64,000 nt of DNA from a phage. This document shows positions 53,971 through 64,000 of this stretch, one piece after another. The notes below the pieces were generated by a model that searched no databases, was not told the origin of the DNA, and was given only the letters and a program-made list of their open reading frames with translations. The first letter of the stretch is position 1; each line of letters starts with the position of its first letter. The stretch lies in NCBI GenBank assembly GCA_029366385.1, contig GCA_029366385.1_4540.1; one strand, given 5' to 3'. A program made the translations under genes and the position numbers.

Positions 53971-55647
53971 TTATGAATGTAACCTAACATCAGCCGATAC
54001 AATGGAAGAAGCAAGGGGAACTAACGTACCATTACTATTGTAGAAACGTAAAACTAAGTTACGACCAACAACCTCTGGTAGACACACAAACCCTGCCGTT
54101 GATGCTGGGGTTACAGTACAGTTCCGGACCGCATTAGTAGTAACGTGATTTTTGAATACAACAGTAATCTCACCAGTACCGGTATCAGTAACAGAACTGA
54201 ATAGTGAGTTGCTATCTGTTATGGTGATATTTCCGTTGTTGTTCACAATACGACCGAATCGTTCCCAGTTAACGGTAAGGTTAGTTACATTATCCAGCCC
54301 AAAGAACATAGTATCTCTAGGGGTATCTATGTTCAGCACTGATATATCAGAGCAAGTTCCCTGAAATCGCAAGAATGGTTGGGTAACACTACCAGCGTTT
54401 ATCGTATCAGTGACCCCATCAATGGTTAATTGTGAGCAGGAGCCTAGCAATATTGGTGTAGACGCACCGTTACCTGCTATTTTAATGTTCTCGATACGTG
54501 AACGCTGACAACTCAGGGATATCGGGATTAAGCCATTGGTCGTAGCCGTAACTCCTGATTTAGTTTGCATATCAAAGGAGACACCACTAATCAGGAGGTT
54601 GTTAAGAAGAGAACTATCAGCAGGTGTACCACTAATACCATAGACAGTGTCGCTTCCATACTGGAGAACTTGCAAATGCCCATTCTTTATTTGAGTATCT
54701 CTAACTTCTCCGTCATCAGTGTTTAGTGCTACACCACCGTTACCACCTTGCAGCAGGAACCCATCTACCAATACTCGCTTACTATGGCGAATATTAATAA
54801 ACCACATATTACGGTCATCGACGCCTGAATAGCGACCTATAATATTTTTTGCAATAATATCCTCACAGTACGAACCATCTGACTGTACTACGGACACATA
54901 CAGAGCATGGCGACCTAAGTCTCCCTTTGCCTGGTCAGCCTCAAAATTAATACCGTCAATGAGAACTCTCTTACACCCGCCAAGAAGAACTCCATACCCG
55001 CCAGCAACAACATCAGAATGGTATCTATTACCTCTAGAATGCACATCCCTAACAACTGAGTCTGCAACTCTTGTTAGCTGCACGGAGCCTGTATAGCCAA
55101 ATGTATTAATACCAATCATTGAAATATCTGAGCAGTCATTAGCATTAACAGCATACGCCACATTACCCCCAGTTGTAGGGGCATTCACAATTAAACCAGA
55201 AACACGTATATCTCTTACTTTAACTCCGTTCTTTCCATTAATATTCACAGCTTGCGTTTTTGTAGTATTGGAGACTAAACCGCCTACCCCTTGAATTACT
55301 TGGTAGTCAGCCACAGGCGATATTACTGTTGCGATATTAATATCTTTTGCAATCTGCACATCCTGACCATTCGATAGAACTGTTTGGATATTATTGGAAT
55401 ACCCATCAGGACGACGGTCGATAGCATCTAAATCTTCCTGTAAAGTCCCCCGGTGGTTAGTGCCGATAATGGATAAACCTGAATCTGCTCCATCTGTATC
55501 TTTCAACTGGGTGGCTAAAACCACCCCAGTGTCAGTAAGAAAGTTGGAAACTGTGCTTTTAACAGTCTTATCAGGTTGGTCTAAAACCAGGTAATCAGAA
55601 CCATTAACTTTTGATGTTTCGGGTAAATTAGTAATTGTAGTTGACAT
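53971..55647 (-). CDS. Tailspike protein (beta-helix)
   Basis: 558 aa; beta-helix-like repeats (VKVRDIRVSGLIVNAP, ISMIGINTFGYTG, LIDGINFEAD, FINIRHSKRVLVDGFLLQGG). Confidence 0.5.
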   Translation of the reverse strand: MSTTITNLPETSKVNGSDYLVLDQPDKTVKSTVSNFLTDTGVVLATQLKDTDGADSGLSIIGTNHRGTLQEDLDAIDRRPDGYSNNIQTVLSNGQDVQIAKDINIATVISPVADYQVIQGVGGLVSNTTKTQAVNINGKNGVKVRDIRVSGLIVNAPTTGGNVAYAVNANDCSDISMIGINTFGYTGSVQLTRVADSVVRDVHSRGNRYHSDVVAGGYGVLLGGCKRVLIDGINFEADQAKGDLGRHALYVSVVQSDGSYCEDIIAKNIIGRYSGVDDRNMWFINIRHSKRVLVDGFLLQGGNGGVALNTDDGEVRDTQIKNGHLQVLQYGSDTVYGISGTPADSSLLNNLLISGVSFDMQTKSGVTATTNGLIPISLSCQRSRIENIKIAGNGASTPILLGSCSQLTIDGVTDTINAGSVTQPFLRFQGTCSDISVLNIDTPRDTMFFGLDNVTNLTVNWERFGRIVNNNGNITITDSNSLFSSVTDTGTGEITVVFKNHVTTNAVRNCTVTPASTAGFVCLPEVVGRNLVLRFYNSNGTLVPLASSIVSADVRLHS

Positions 55648-55655
55648 TTTTACTC

Positions 55656-57809
55656 CTATATATAAAATTTTTGTGTTGTTACTAAATCTTCTCCAGATTT
55701 AGTAGCTAATGTAATTCCACTTATGGTGGCAATCTCAACATTTACCTGTTTAAGAGTGATATCCTGTAAATAAGCGTTCAAAGGCACGTTACCCATATAG
55801 AAAACTTGGGATTGAGAATTAACTACCGTGATAGAATCGTGCATTATTTGAGGATAGGCCCATATATATTGTGTAAGTCCATTGAACTTATTGGCGTTCA
55901 ACACTATGTTACCTATAATCATTTTCCAAAGATACGTGCGGTAGTTTGATTCAGGATCAAAACCATACAAAGGTGCAAGAGTAGCATCTGGAACAAAACC
56001 TGCAAGATAGTGAATATCAGAATATTCAAAACCTAATTTTTCATGTGGTATGGTAATTGCATCAAATGCTTTCATCATTTTACCTTCCAGAAGCCAGTCG
56101 TAACACTCTGAACAATAAAAATCAAAAGCTTCAGGAATGTAGTAATCAGACGGAAAGTTAACTTTCTCCATCAAACCGTTGCCGATAATTGATGGTAAGA
56201 ACGGAAGCAATGTTACCTTGGCTCCTGGGTAAGTTGCTCTAGTATCTGTTGCAAACTTTGTAACTCTTAATCCTAGTTTACGAGACAAAAATGCATAGTA
56301 TTCGTCAAACGGCGTTCCTGTTTTATAATTATCTATTGTTCCTGCATCTTGTGCAAATAAACCTGTTTCTGTGTTGAATGCCAGTTTGGTAGTGTAATCA
56401 TATATGCAAGGCATTTTACTTGCTGTATTATACCACCACCAAGGCTCACCAATTTGAATGACAACTGGAATATTATTAGCTTGCGAAATAGATGCTATTT
56501 TATTAATAACATTTTGCAAATATTCCATACCTTCGTCAATAGTTGGAGACAACACATAACTAGGAGGTTCATACCCTGTTGCTGCAAGAGCATCGTTCCA
56601 ATCATGCTGGACCCATTCTACAGGACAAACTGTGCTCATCAATTCAAAACTTAAAGAGTTCATTATTGTGTAGCCCTTCTCGTTTGCTATAGAATGGAAG
56701 CTGTTAAGCCAAGCTTCTGTAGCCGGATTCAGGAAAACAGATTTATTTAAAGCCCAAGATGTTCCATTCCATGAGAACTCATAATAGTGAGACATTCCGT
56801 TATAATGGTTAATCATCCCACGATAACCTAGTGCATATGTATTATAAATAACTCTCTCTGGAGTCAGGTTATACATATCATCATAAGATGTGCACATGCG
56901 AATATCATGTTCAGGCTGGACAAGGTTGCTGACTTTCATCATACTGTAACCAGAAGTAGGTTCAAGAAGAATGAAAGTAAACCAAGCCTCTTGACTGGCA
57001 ATAGGTACAATCTCTTCTATTTCTTCATACCTTGCTGTAATCAAAGAGAAGAAAATATTATCTACAGCACTCATATCCAAAGGAATATCATTATTAGGGC
57101 CAGAAAAGATATTACCAAAATCTAACTTGATTGTGGCTGTTTTACCATCTTCTGAAATATCTGAAGCGTAGAATCCTAAACTGACATAATGAACACTTTT
57201 ATCCAGGAGAGTTACAGTCAAAGTCGGCACCAAAGGTTCTTCTTTAAAACCTGGCATGTTTTGACTAATTTCCATTTTAAACCAAAGTTTCTCTGAACTT
57301 AAATCTGTGTGAGGCAAATACCCAACACCTTTATGGTCATATTTGTCAACTGTGCTCCAGATAACCCCTGCCAAACCTGCTGTTGTTCTGTTTACAAATC
57401 TTGCAGTAAAAGAGTCTCCATGAGATACAATAGAACAACTTTCCGTTGCTTGAGAATCTATTGTCCAATACATAGGAGAGAACATTTTAACGTCTTTTGT
57501 AGTCCAAGTTATTGGAGTAGTATTTTCTTGGATAGTAGTTATAATACAATTGATGGTTGTTTCAACCATCATGTTATTTTGACTAATCCCTGAAACTTGG
57601 AGGGAGAAGTTAAGATCTATTGAGTTCTTTGGTCGTTCAAATACTTCAACCACAATAGTAGCAGAATCAGCATCATCAGGGAACACAAGTGTTCCCGATT
57701 TTGCAATATAATCTCTACCAGCGACTGCTGTTCCGTCAACAGTCGTGTAGTTAAATGAACTCGCATTTACTCTCTTGTCTCGCGTGACAGTAAATATAGC
57801 TTGTTTCAT
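55656..57809 (-). CDS. Large tail-associated protein, aromatic-rich (possible carbohydrate-active domain)
   Basis: 717 aa; no motif assigned. Confidence 0.45.
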   Translation of the reverse strand: MKQAIFTVTRDKRVNASSFNYTTVDGTAVAGRDYIAKSGTLVFPDDADSATIVVEVFERPKNSIDLNFSLQVSGISQNNMMVETTINCIITTIQENTTPITWTTKDVKMFSPMYWTIDSQATESCSIVSHGDSFTARFVNRTTAGLAGVIWSTVDKYDHKGVGYLPHTDLSSEKLWFKMEISQNMPGFKEEPLVPTLTVTLLDKSVHYVSLGFYASDISEDGKTATIKLDFGNIFSGPNNDIPLDMSAVDNIFFSLITARYEEIEEIVPIASQEAWFTFILLEPTSGYSMMKVSNLVQPEHDIRMCTSYDDMYNLTPERVIYNTYALGYRGMINHYNGMSHYYEFSWNGTSWALNKSVFLNPATEAWLNSFHSIANEKGYTIMNSLSFELMSTVCPVEWVQHDWNDALAATGYEPPSYVLSPTIDEGMEYLQNVINKIASISQANNIPVVIQIGEPWWWYNTASKMPCIYDYTTKLAFNTETGLFAQDAGTIDNYKTGTPFDEYYAFLSRKLGLRVTKFATDTRATYPGAKVTLLPFLPSIIGNGLMEKVNFPSDYYIPEAFDFYCSECYDWLLEGKMMKAFDAITIPHEKLGFEYSDIHYLAGFVPDATLAPLYGFDPESNYRTYLWKMIIGNIVLNANKFNGLTQYIWAYPQIMHDSITVVNSQSQVFYMGNVPLNAYLQDITLKQVNVEIATISGITLATKSGEDLVTTQKFYI

Positions 57810-57817
57810 TTTACCCC

Positions 57818-60694
57818 TTACTCGGTAACGTCCACACTAATGTTTGCCATTGTCAAAACAGTAAGTGCAGGAATATTGCTCGAATCCAAAACAGGTAATG
57901 CATTTTGGGGATTAAGTTTTTTGTATAAAGCATACAACCCAAAACCACGTAACAACTCTCCAGCGTGGAAGCCAAAGAAGACTCCGTTATCACTATCTGG
58001 TCTAGGAGCAGCACTCCAACAACCATTCATAACGTGATTAGGACCAAGAACAATATAGTTTTCCTGAATAAGTTCAAAACAGCGGTCTGCTACTATTTTA
58101 ATGTTAGGAATTTCTGAATCATATCCAGCCATCCCCATTATAGCACATCCCGCCATAAAGAGCGCAGACATGTGACTTGTAAAGTCATCTACAGGCGCAG
58201 CCACTTCTCCATTGGGATAAAATATTGTTGGTGTTCTTCCTTCGTTGTTATCTTGGAACCACTTCAGGTAGTTGATCCAGTTTTTACAAACTGTTAAAAG
58301 TTTTTCAGGAACTTCGGCTCCTCGTCGCTTTAGTTCGTATACCGTATGACACGCACAGAAGAATGCTCGTGCTTCATAACCATCCCAAGCTTTATCGTTC
58401 CAATGATACATTGTGAACTCATTTTTGTTTCCATATTTATGAGCATCCCAACGATCCCAAACATAAGCTTGTGCCATTGGCCCAGGCATTACAGGGGCAA
58501 ACTTATTATAAAACCACATTTGTGAATCATATAAAAAGTCTATACTGTTGTTCATACGAACCCAGTCAATATCTCTCCCTTTAAAACAATATAAGGATGG
58601 GTATTGATAACCTGGGTAAGGAATACCACGCCAACCGTCATATAATGCTGTGTTAGGATCACTAATATTGGAAAATGGAATGATTCCTGGAGTATAATTC
58701 AAACTGTCAAGTTTGTAGTCCAGTATTGTACAATCTCCAAGTTTTGCTGTATAAGGATTTTCAGATGAAACTGTAACCCTGAAATACATTGTGTAATCAT
58801 CACCAGCGGCTGAAGAATACAAAGATGGGATATCGTTAACGCAATAAAAGTCGATTGCCCCTGTCAAGCCATTTGCAGGTTCAGAATCCAATGCAATGTT
58901 CATCTGATCAACAGCAGTCAAGTTTATTGACGAAGGTTTTGTCTCTGTGTCATTGTGATTAGGTTGCCAAGTACTTAATTTGAAATCAGCAGGACTTAAA
59001 GCTTTAGTAACCCATGCAGAATTTGTTTTTTCTAACATGGCCCACCATCTCCAACCTGCGGAATCCGTAATAGTGATGTTAAAATCATCTGCGTATGAAC
59101 GATACGTAATAGATTTTAAATTGGTTGTTTTAGTTGGTGTTAACCAAAACCCAATAGTAAAACCACCATCTGAATCCATATTAGCAGAAACTATCTGATC
59201 ACTATTTGTCCCAGCAATACCAGTTGCATATTTATATTGTATCACAGTATTGCTTCCCCAGTCAACAATGATTCTAGGTTCAGCAATAATATATACACCA
59301 CCTCCAGGAGGTTCAGTGCGCATAAAACTGGATAAAGGTATATCCATCTTAGTCATATTAGCTGCACCAAGAGGTAAGCCACAACGATATGTCACTGTGT
59401 CTGTTTCACTCTTAGTCTTGCTTAATTCTAACTCTGGACGGAAAAGAACACCTTCCCCTGCATCATCTACGCCTTGAAACTCAATACGCAGTTTTGAATT
59501 CTGATCCACTCTGAACCAAACTGCCTGTTGTTCTAGAGTTGTTTGTGCTGAAACATCTTGGCGAATTACTGTGTATCCTAATTCGTCACGAGAATATTTA
59601 GGTGTTGCTGTAGATGGGTATGAGTAATCATACGAGATACCATCTGTAAAAGGAATTATTGCTGTCGTAGATCTACGGAAGAATTTATCAAACATATCAA
59701 TGTTTGAGTAGTCTTGACACAACAATAAAGAAGATTGCCAGCAAAGCCAGTATTTTCTCTCTCCTGTGATCTGATACATCAAGTAGTTTGCATCACACCA
59801 CCACGTTTCAGCATCGGAAGCATTATCTTGATAGCCTAACTCTACCGGAACGTTTACAGGACGGTTATGCCACATCTCATTACGCTTAAGCAGATATCCA
59901 CCGTGTTCTACAGGATTGCATGTAGCGTAGTTGAATTTATAGTCCCCGTTCACAGAAGCATTTTTAAGTTGCACTGTTCCATATTCTGCAAAGCTATGAC
60001 CAGTAGATAAAATGTTACCATCCCAATCAACTTTACGTCCTAGACGGTCTATAATCCATTCAACGTCCCACTGATCTCCATATTCTTTCCAGTTGGTTGA
60101 ACCATCTGGGTTAGTTGCATAAACTGTTGCGTTAACGGAGTTCCAACCAAGATTGCCATTGAAAGCAAACCAAGCTTTATCTAAGTATTCCCCCCAATGC
60201 GGTGCACCTTTAGGAATAACAGTCCTTCCGTTAATCCAAGTCATCATGCTACCTTTGAACCCGCCGTGCGTAGGATACCCATCATCTGTGAGAGGGTAAT
60301 GTGCTAAACGTGGTTCTTTACCATTGATGATCCAGTTGGGACGATATTTAGCTGGAGGATCAGGAATAGGTTGGCCCCCGAAGAAGTGATCTATGTAGGC
60401 TTGCCAATACTTCTCGGCAGATTCAAGATATTTTTTATCCCCTGTAGCCAAATATGCATAAGCAAAACCAGTGATAAGCACAGATTGACCTTCGGTAGTA
60501 GCGTCACCGTTTGGTTGCCCTTCCTGCGCTGTCCAGTTAATAAAGTGTCTGTTGTTCGCCAATACGTTTTGTGGGTTGATAATGTAATGCTGAACCGTAG
60601 GATCTATGGTAAGCCCAGTATTTCTTTCCAAAAACTGAACCAACCCTTCAATCAACTGAAACGTGTTGTCAATATTGTGCTTAACTTTTGACAT
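57818..60694 (-). CDS. Large tail-associated protein, possible glycoside-hydrolase-like receptor-binding protein
   Basis: 958 aa; Trp/Tyr-rich; function inferred from context only. Confidence 0.45.
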   Translation of the reverse strand: MSKVKHNIDNTFQLIEGLVQFLERNTGLTIDPTVQHYIINPQNVLANNRHFINWTAQEGQPNGDATTEGQSVLITGFAYAYLATGDKKYLESAEKYWQAYIDHFFGGQPIPDPPAKYRPNWIINGKEPRLAHYPLTDDGYPTHGGFKGSMMTWINGRTVIPKGAPHWGEYLDKAWFAFNGNLGWNSVNATVYATNPDGSTNWKEYGDQWDVEWIIDRLGRKVDWDGNILSTGHSFAEYGTVQLKNASVNGDYKFNYATCNPVEHGGYLLKRNEMWHNRPVNVPVELGYQDNASDAETWWCDANYLMYQITGERKYWLCWQSSLLLCQDYSNIDMFDKFFRRSTTAIIPFTDGISYDYSYPSTATPKYSRDELGYTVIRQDVSAQTTLEQQAVWFRVDQNSKLRIEFQGVDDAGEGVLFRPELELSKTKSETDTVTYRCGLPLGAANMTKMDIPLSSFMRTEPPGGGVYIIAEPRIIVDWGSNTVIQYKYATGIAGTNSDQIVSANMDSDGGFTIGFWLTPTKTTNLKSITYRSYADDFNITITDSAGWRWWAMLEKTNSAWVTKALSPADFKLSTWQPNHNDTETKPSSINLTAVDQMNIALDSEPANGLTGAIDFYCVNDIPSLYSSAAGDDYTMYFRVTVSSENPYTAKLGDCTILDYKLDSLNYTPGIIPFSNISDPNTALYDGWRGIPYPGYQYPSLYCFKGRDIDWVRMNNSIDFLYDSQMWFYNKFAPVMPGPMAQAYVWDRWDAHKYGNKNEFTMYHWNDKAWDGYEARAFFCACHTVYELKRRGAEVPEKLLTVCKNWINYLKWFQDNNEGRTPTIFYPNGEVAAPVDDFTSHMSALFMAGCAIMGMAGYDSEIPNIKIVADRCFELIQENYIVLGPNHVMNGCWSAAPRPDSDNGVFFGFHAGELLRGFGLYALYKKLNPQNALPVLDSSNIPALTVLTMANISVDVTE

Positions 60695-61167
60695 TAAATA
60701 ACTCCTGCTAAAACTAAGCTACCTGTCCAAGTTGCTCCATTATCATAACTGATAAACTCAAAAGTGTCTGTTGCACCTTGACGATAACTCAAAACTGGGG
60801 AACGACCAAAACTCCATTTTACAGAAGAAGGCCATACGACTTTATTTGCACCACTTCCTTGACGCAAAGCTAAAGTAAAGTTTAAAACTGCATTTGTTGC
60901 TACTGGAATATTAGTAAAACTAATTGTGCACGTTGCAGAAGATAAAGTTGCTGAAAAATATTCTGCCGAACTAATATCTAATGCCAAGGTGCTAGTTACT
61001 GTTCCCCGTGCATTCAGACGGTTTCTAGTTACCCCTGCACCACTCAACAACACTTTCAAAGAAGTTTTCTTTGTTATTCCAGCCTGATCTGTTACAAAGA
61101 AATCTGTATCAGACACAGAGGTTGTTTGTGTAAGATCAGAAATTTTGATCGTAGTTAAATCTGCCAT
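60694..61167 (-). CDS. Hypothetical structural protein
   Basis: 157-aa ORF, start/stop overlap with neighbours. Confidence 0.5.
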   Translation of the reverse strand: MADLTTIKISDLTQTTSVSDTDFFVTDQAGITKKTSLKVLLSGAGVTRNRLNARGTVTSTLALDISSAEYFSATLSSATCTISFTNIPVATNAVLNFTLALRQGSGANKVVWPSSVKWSFGRSPVLSYRQGATDTFEFISYDNGATWTGSLVLAGVI

Positions 61168-61793
61168 TACTCTTCTACTCCTGTCATAGCTGTTATACCG
61201 AAATTATTGTTTGTAGCTAATGCATCACCTTTTTCGTTAACCATGATTCTTTCCACTGCTGACTCTGTAGACCATTCATTCCACCAAGTAGAGTAGGTAT
61301 CACGTGGCAAACCAACAAAGTTGATAAAGCGATAAAGTCTATTCGAATTCTCAACAATACTGTAAGCTTCACAAATGATCGCTGCATTGTCTTCACCAGC
61401 TTCAGGGTAAATAAACTCTTCAGAAGGTTGAGTATTGAATATAGATGTTACTGTATCTGCTCCAACTGTGACCATAACTGTCATTGAGTAATAACGTTGA
61501 TCCATGTCATAAGCAGATTTATAACTGTTTATTGTATCTATGTAAACGTTTTTGGCAATCTCTGCTAAAAATATTCTGTCTACAATATCTTTCTTTCTAG
61601 CAACACCAATAATCTCTTGTAAGTAAGGAACACCGAAGTTAGTATTTAAAAACCACTCCCCACGATACGTGTTCAGAGTTATCCCAAGAGTTTGTGCTGC
61701 AATTTCTGTTCTGGTTGTAGTGAGGACCAAATCCCCATCATCCATGATGAGGTCGTTGTTTGGTCCAAGTTTTAAGTCAAAAGGGATTCCCAT
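61167..61793 (-). CDS. Baseplate protein (gp25/gpW-like or DUF2634-type)
   Basis: 208 aa; N-terminal GIPFDLKLGPNNDLIMDDGDLVL..EIAAQTLGITLNTYRGEWFLNTNFGVPYLQEIIG. Confidence 0.5.
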   Translation of the reverse strand: MGIPFDLKLGPNNDLIMDDGDLVLTTTRTEIAAQTLGITLNTYRGEWFLNTNFGVPYLQEIIGVARKKDIVDRIFLAEIAKNVYIDTINSYKSAYDMDQRYYSMTVMVTVGADTVTSIFNTQPSEEFIYPEAGEDNAAIICEAYSIVENSNRLYRFINFVGLPRDTYSTWWNEWSTESAVERIMVNEKGDALATNNNFGITAMTGVEE

Positions 61794-61794
61794 G

Positions 61795-62529
61795 TTAGGC
61801 TCCTGTTGGTTTTAAGGACTCGGCACTTGAGCTACCGCTCTGAATGTTACGAACCGTGTGCGTGTGAGTATGGAATCCGATGCCATTACCATCTGTCATC
61901 AAACCGTTCTGATCTATTTTAAGACCATTGATATCTGCTACTCCGCCTTTGAAAGTTAAATTACCACCTTTTAGATCCAAAGTCCCTGTGCCATCTGTAA
62001 TAGTAATACCGGAGGTAGTAATATCTATTTTCATCCCTTGACTATTCCATATTGAAATATTACCTGTAGGGTCGAAAGAAGCGTACGTGTTTTTGTTATT
62101 AGAAATAACTACCTTTTCAGAATCTACAGCTTCTGTTGAATCTGTTCCTGTAGCTATTTTAGGAATAAAACAAATAGGGTATAATCCACAAGGCTGCATA
62201 AAAGTGGATGATGAAGAAGTTTCCCCACTAGTTTGCAGTGCATTAGAAGGATCTCGTTCAGAAAATATAACGGTCCCTAAATCTCCTGATTTAATAGGGA
62301 ATGAGATTCTTCCTGTCCCACCACCATTAACCATGAAAGGAACATCTTCGAAAGTTGGATAATCTATTTCATCTTCACTAGATCGTGTGTTTTTAACAAT
62401 AGATTCTAAGGTGACAGTCTTAGCACCATAATTAACGCCAGTCACACGGACTGGCAGGGCTGTGTGGACTTCTGCTAATTGTTCTGTCATTAAGCCACGC
62501 ATTGCTGTGACAAAATTTAATGCGTCCAT
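61795..62529 (-). CDS. Baseplate central spike protein (gpV/gp45-like)
   Basis: 244 aa; PVRVTGVNYGAKTVTL..VPFMVNGGGTGRISFPIKSGDLGTVIFSERD resembles the gpV OB-fold; C-terminal repetitive region ending FHTHTHT. Confidence 0.5.
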   Translation of the reverse strand: MDALNFVTAMRGLMTEQLAEVHTALPVRVTGVNYGAKTVTLESIVKNTRSSEDEIDYPTFEDVPFMVNGGGTGRISFPIKSGDLGTVIFSERDPSNALQTSGETSSSSTFMQPCGLYPICFIPKIATGTDSTEAVDSEKVVISNNKNTYASFDPTGNISIWNSQGMKIDITTSGITITDGTGTLDLKGGNLTFKGGVADINGLKIDQNGLMTDGNGIGFHTHTHTVRNIQSGSSSAESLKPTGA

Positions 62530-63539
62530 TATTTCTCCTTAGTCATTATTTCAGACACGGATACACATTCCACTTCAGTAACCCACTCTTTACCTTCTTT
62601 ATCCCCATTGTGGGAAACAGAGACTACTTTAAATGGACCATCATAATCTCGGCTTTTTAACCAGATTGTTTTTTCTGGTAAGATTGCACCATTCATTTGG
62701 CATTTAAATTTAACACCGTCTGTAGGTTTCTTTGCCTTCTTAGAGGATTTGGTAACTTTTTTAGTAGGTTTAATATCATTGTGGAATGGTTCTGGGCTTC
62801 CTATTAAACCAGTTTCAGGACTAATGTAGGCGCTACGTGCACTAGACATTTGTGAACGAGGAGTGACATAAACAGATCCATCTTGTATTGACACATTGTG
62901 ATCAATACTCTTACAAATATGTTCTAGGTAATGTGAAGTGTTCCCACACATAGCTGTTGCTGAAGACAGGGTTTGGTCATTGTCTACATGTATATTACCT
63001 TCTGTAGTCCCTAAATCCTTTACCAAATCTGTCACAACACGTTTGATTTTAGTTCCTTTTGGATAACTGCGGCTTGTTCTTGCTTCTGCAATGTTAATAC
63101 CACCATCCAAACAGTGTAAAGTAGTTTTCCTGTCTACAGAGTCAAAGGTATCACTAACCCACTGGATAGTTCCTTTGAAGATCATAACCAACTCTTCACC
63201 TTCGTATCCTACCGCTAAAGCAACAGCCAAGTTATTTCGGATACCACGGTTTATATAGTTAACAGTATCATCCGAAAGGTTATAAACTACAATCTCTGCT
63301 TGGTTAGGATCTTTGTTATTATCTTTCTTAATACTGAAGGTTATTTGATGGTCTTGCAACAAATACAAATTAGAAGAGGATTTTTCTGTTGTCCCTAACT
63401 TGGTATCCAAATCTACTGTAGATTTAAATGCCGAGTTCTTAGTTCTCTTCTGTATTGTGTTTGTGGCAGAACCAATTAATAATTTGTATGCCCTGTTTAA
63501 ATTAGGGGCAGGAGCTTTTGTATACTCTCTTTCTGCCAT
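62529..63539 (-). CDS. Hypothetical baseplate/tail structural protein
   Basis: 336-aa ORF. Confidence 0.5.
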   Translation of the reverse strand: MAEREYTKAPAPNLNRAYKLLIGSATNTIQKRTKNSAFKSTVDLDTKLGTTEKSSSNLYLLQDHQITFSIKKDNNKDPNQAEIVVYNLSDDTVNYINRGIRNNLAVALAVGYEGEELVMIFKGTIQWVSDTFDSVDRKTTLHCLDGGINIAEARTSRSYPKGTKIKRVVTDLVKDLGTTEGNIHVDNDQTLSSATAMCGNTSHYLEHICKSIDHNVSIQDGSVYVTPRSQMSSARSAYISPETGLIGSPEPFHNDIKPTKKVTKSSKKAKKPTDGVKFKCQMNGAILPEKTIWLKSRDYDGPFKVVSVSHNGDKEGKEWVTEVECVSVSEIMTKEK

Positions 63540-63548
63540 ATTACCTCC

Positions 63549-63962
63549 TTACGCCTGATTAGGTTTGTTATCAATATAAACCAATACAAAACGTTTATCT
63601 CGACCTGTAGTCGTATACCCAGGACGACCATTAATCTTGACTGTATCTACTATATATAATTGACCATCTGGCACACTTTCAAGATATTTGTAAGGTTTAA
63701 GAAGATCTAAACCATTTGTAACTTTAAAAGTAATACTTGGATCGTCTCCAGATAGCCCTATTTGACATTGCCAAGACTCGTCCCTAGTGTTCCACCTTAA
63801 ACGAATGTCATAATCAACTCCATCTAAAGTTACCGTATAAGTTTGATCTGGATATTCATCTGTTTTCAAATACCACGCAAAGTATGTTGAATGATCTTGT
63901 AAATATACTGCACTATAACCAGAATTGCTTGTAGATCGGGTTGTCTTAGAATATGTCGCCAT
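63549..63962 (-). CDS. Hypothetical structural protein
   Basis: 137-aa ORF. Confidence 0.5.
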   Translation of the reverse strand: MATYSKTTRSTSNSGYSAVYLQDHSTYFAWYLKTDEYPDQTYTVTLDGVDYDIRLRWNTRDESWQCQIGLSGDDPSITFKVTNGLDLLKPYKYLESVPDGQLYIVDTVKINGRPGYTTTGRDKRFVLVYIDNKPNQA

Positions 63963-64000
63963 TATTAATTCCCCGTATTAGTTGGTGTTCCAGTGGATGA

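Noticed and set aside
41535-60691. Numerous plus-strand ORFs of 60-123 aa inside the leftward tail-gene block
   Set aside because: Antisense to long structural genes with clear domain content; Cys/Ser/Thr-rich low-complexity translations typical of reverse-frame artefacts.
1-64000. CRISPR array, integrase, transposase or prophage attachment features
   Set aside because: No regularly spaced direct repeats of 25-40 bp and no recombinase or transposase motifs seen; the only tandem repeats are codon repeats inside the collagen-like gene.

Overview
The window reads as a contiguous piece of a large, AT-rich, virulent tailed-phage genome (no integrase, repressor, rRNA, tRNA or CRISPR array seen) in three transcriptional blocks. 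(i) 378-6302, leftward: small unknown genes plus a NADAR-domain protein, an AAA+ ATPase and a cysteine-rich protein built from three zinc-ribbon-like repeats. (ii) 6417-41366, rightward: early and DNA-metabolism genes (UvrD-like helicase, anaerobic ribonucleotide reductase NrdD/NrdG, T7-gp4-like primase-helicase, family A DNA polymerase, N6-adenine methyltransferase, SSB-like protein ending in the enterobacterial SSB tip DDDIPF). (iii) 41430-63962, leftward: late tail-fibre, tailspike and baseplate genes. The most interesting content is inside block (ii): a Ter-type (tellurite-resistance-like) stress module carried by the phage (HAD-like hydrolase, phosphoribosyltransferase, TARG1-like macro domain, TerC, SprT-like peptidase, TelA-like protein, vWA protein, TerD), including a duplicated two-gene cassette, followed by four tandem glycosyltransferases. 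Together with the NADAR protein this looks like a nucleotide / ADP-ribose centred auxiliary or counter-defence system; whether it is already described I cannot tell without a database search. All family assignments come from motif recognition by eye, not from searches. Gene boundaries follow the supplied ORF track, with starts moved to the nearest RBS-supported codon where stated. Hand-derived motif coordinates are approximate (+/-2 nt); near 15352/15353 my reading of the displayed sequence and the track differ by 1 nt, and I deferred to the track.
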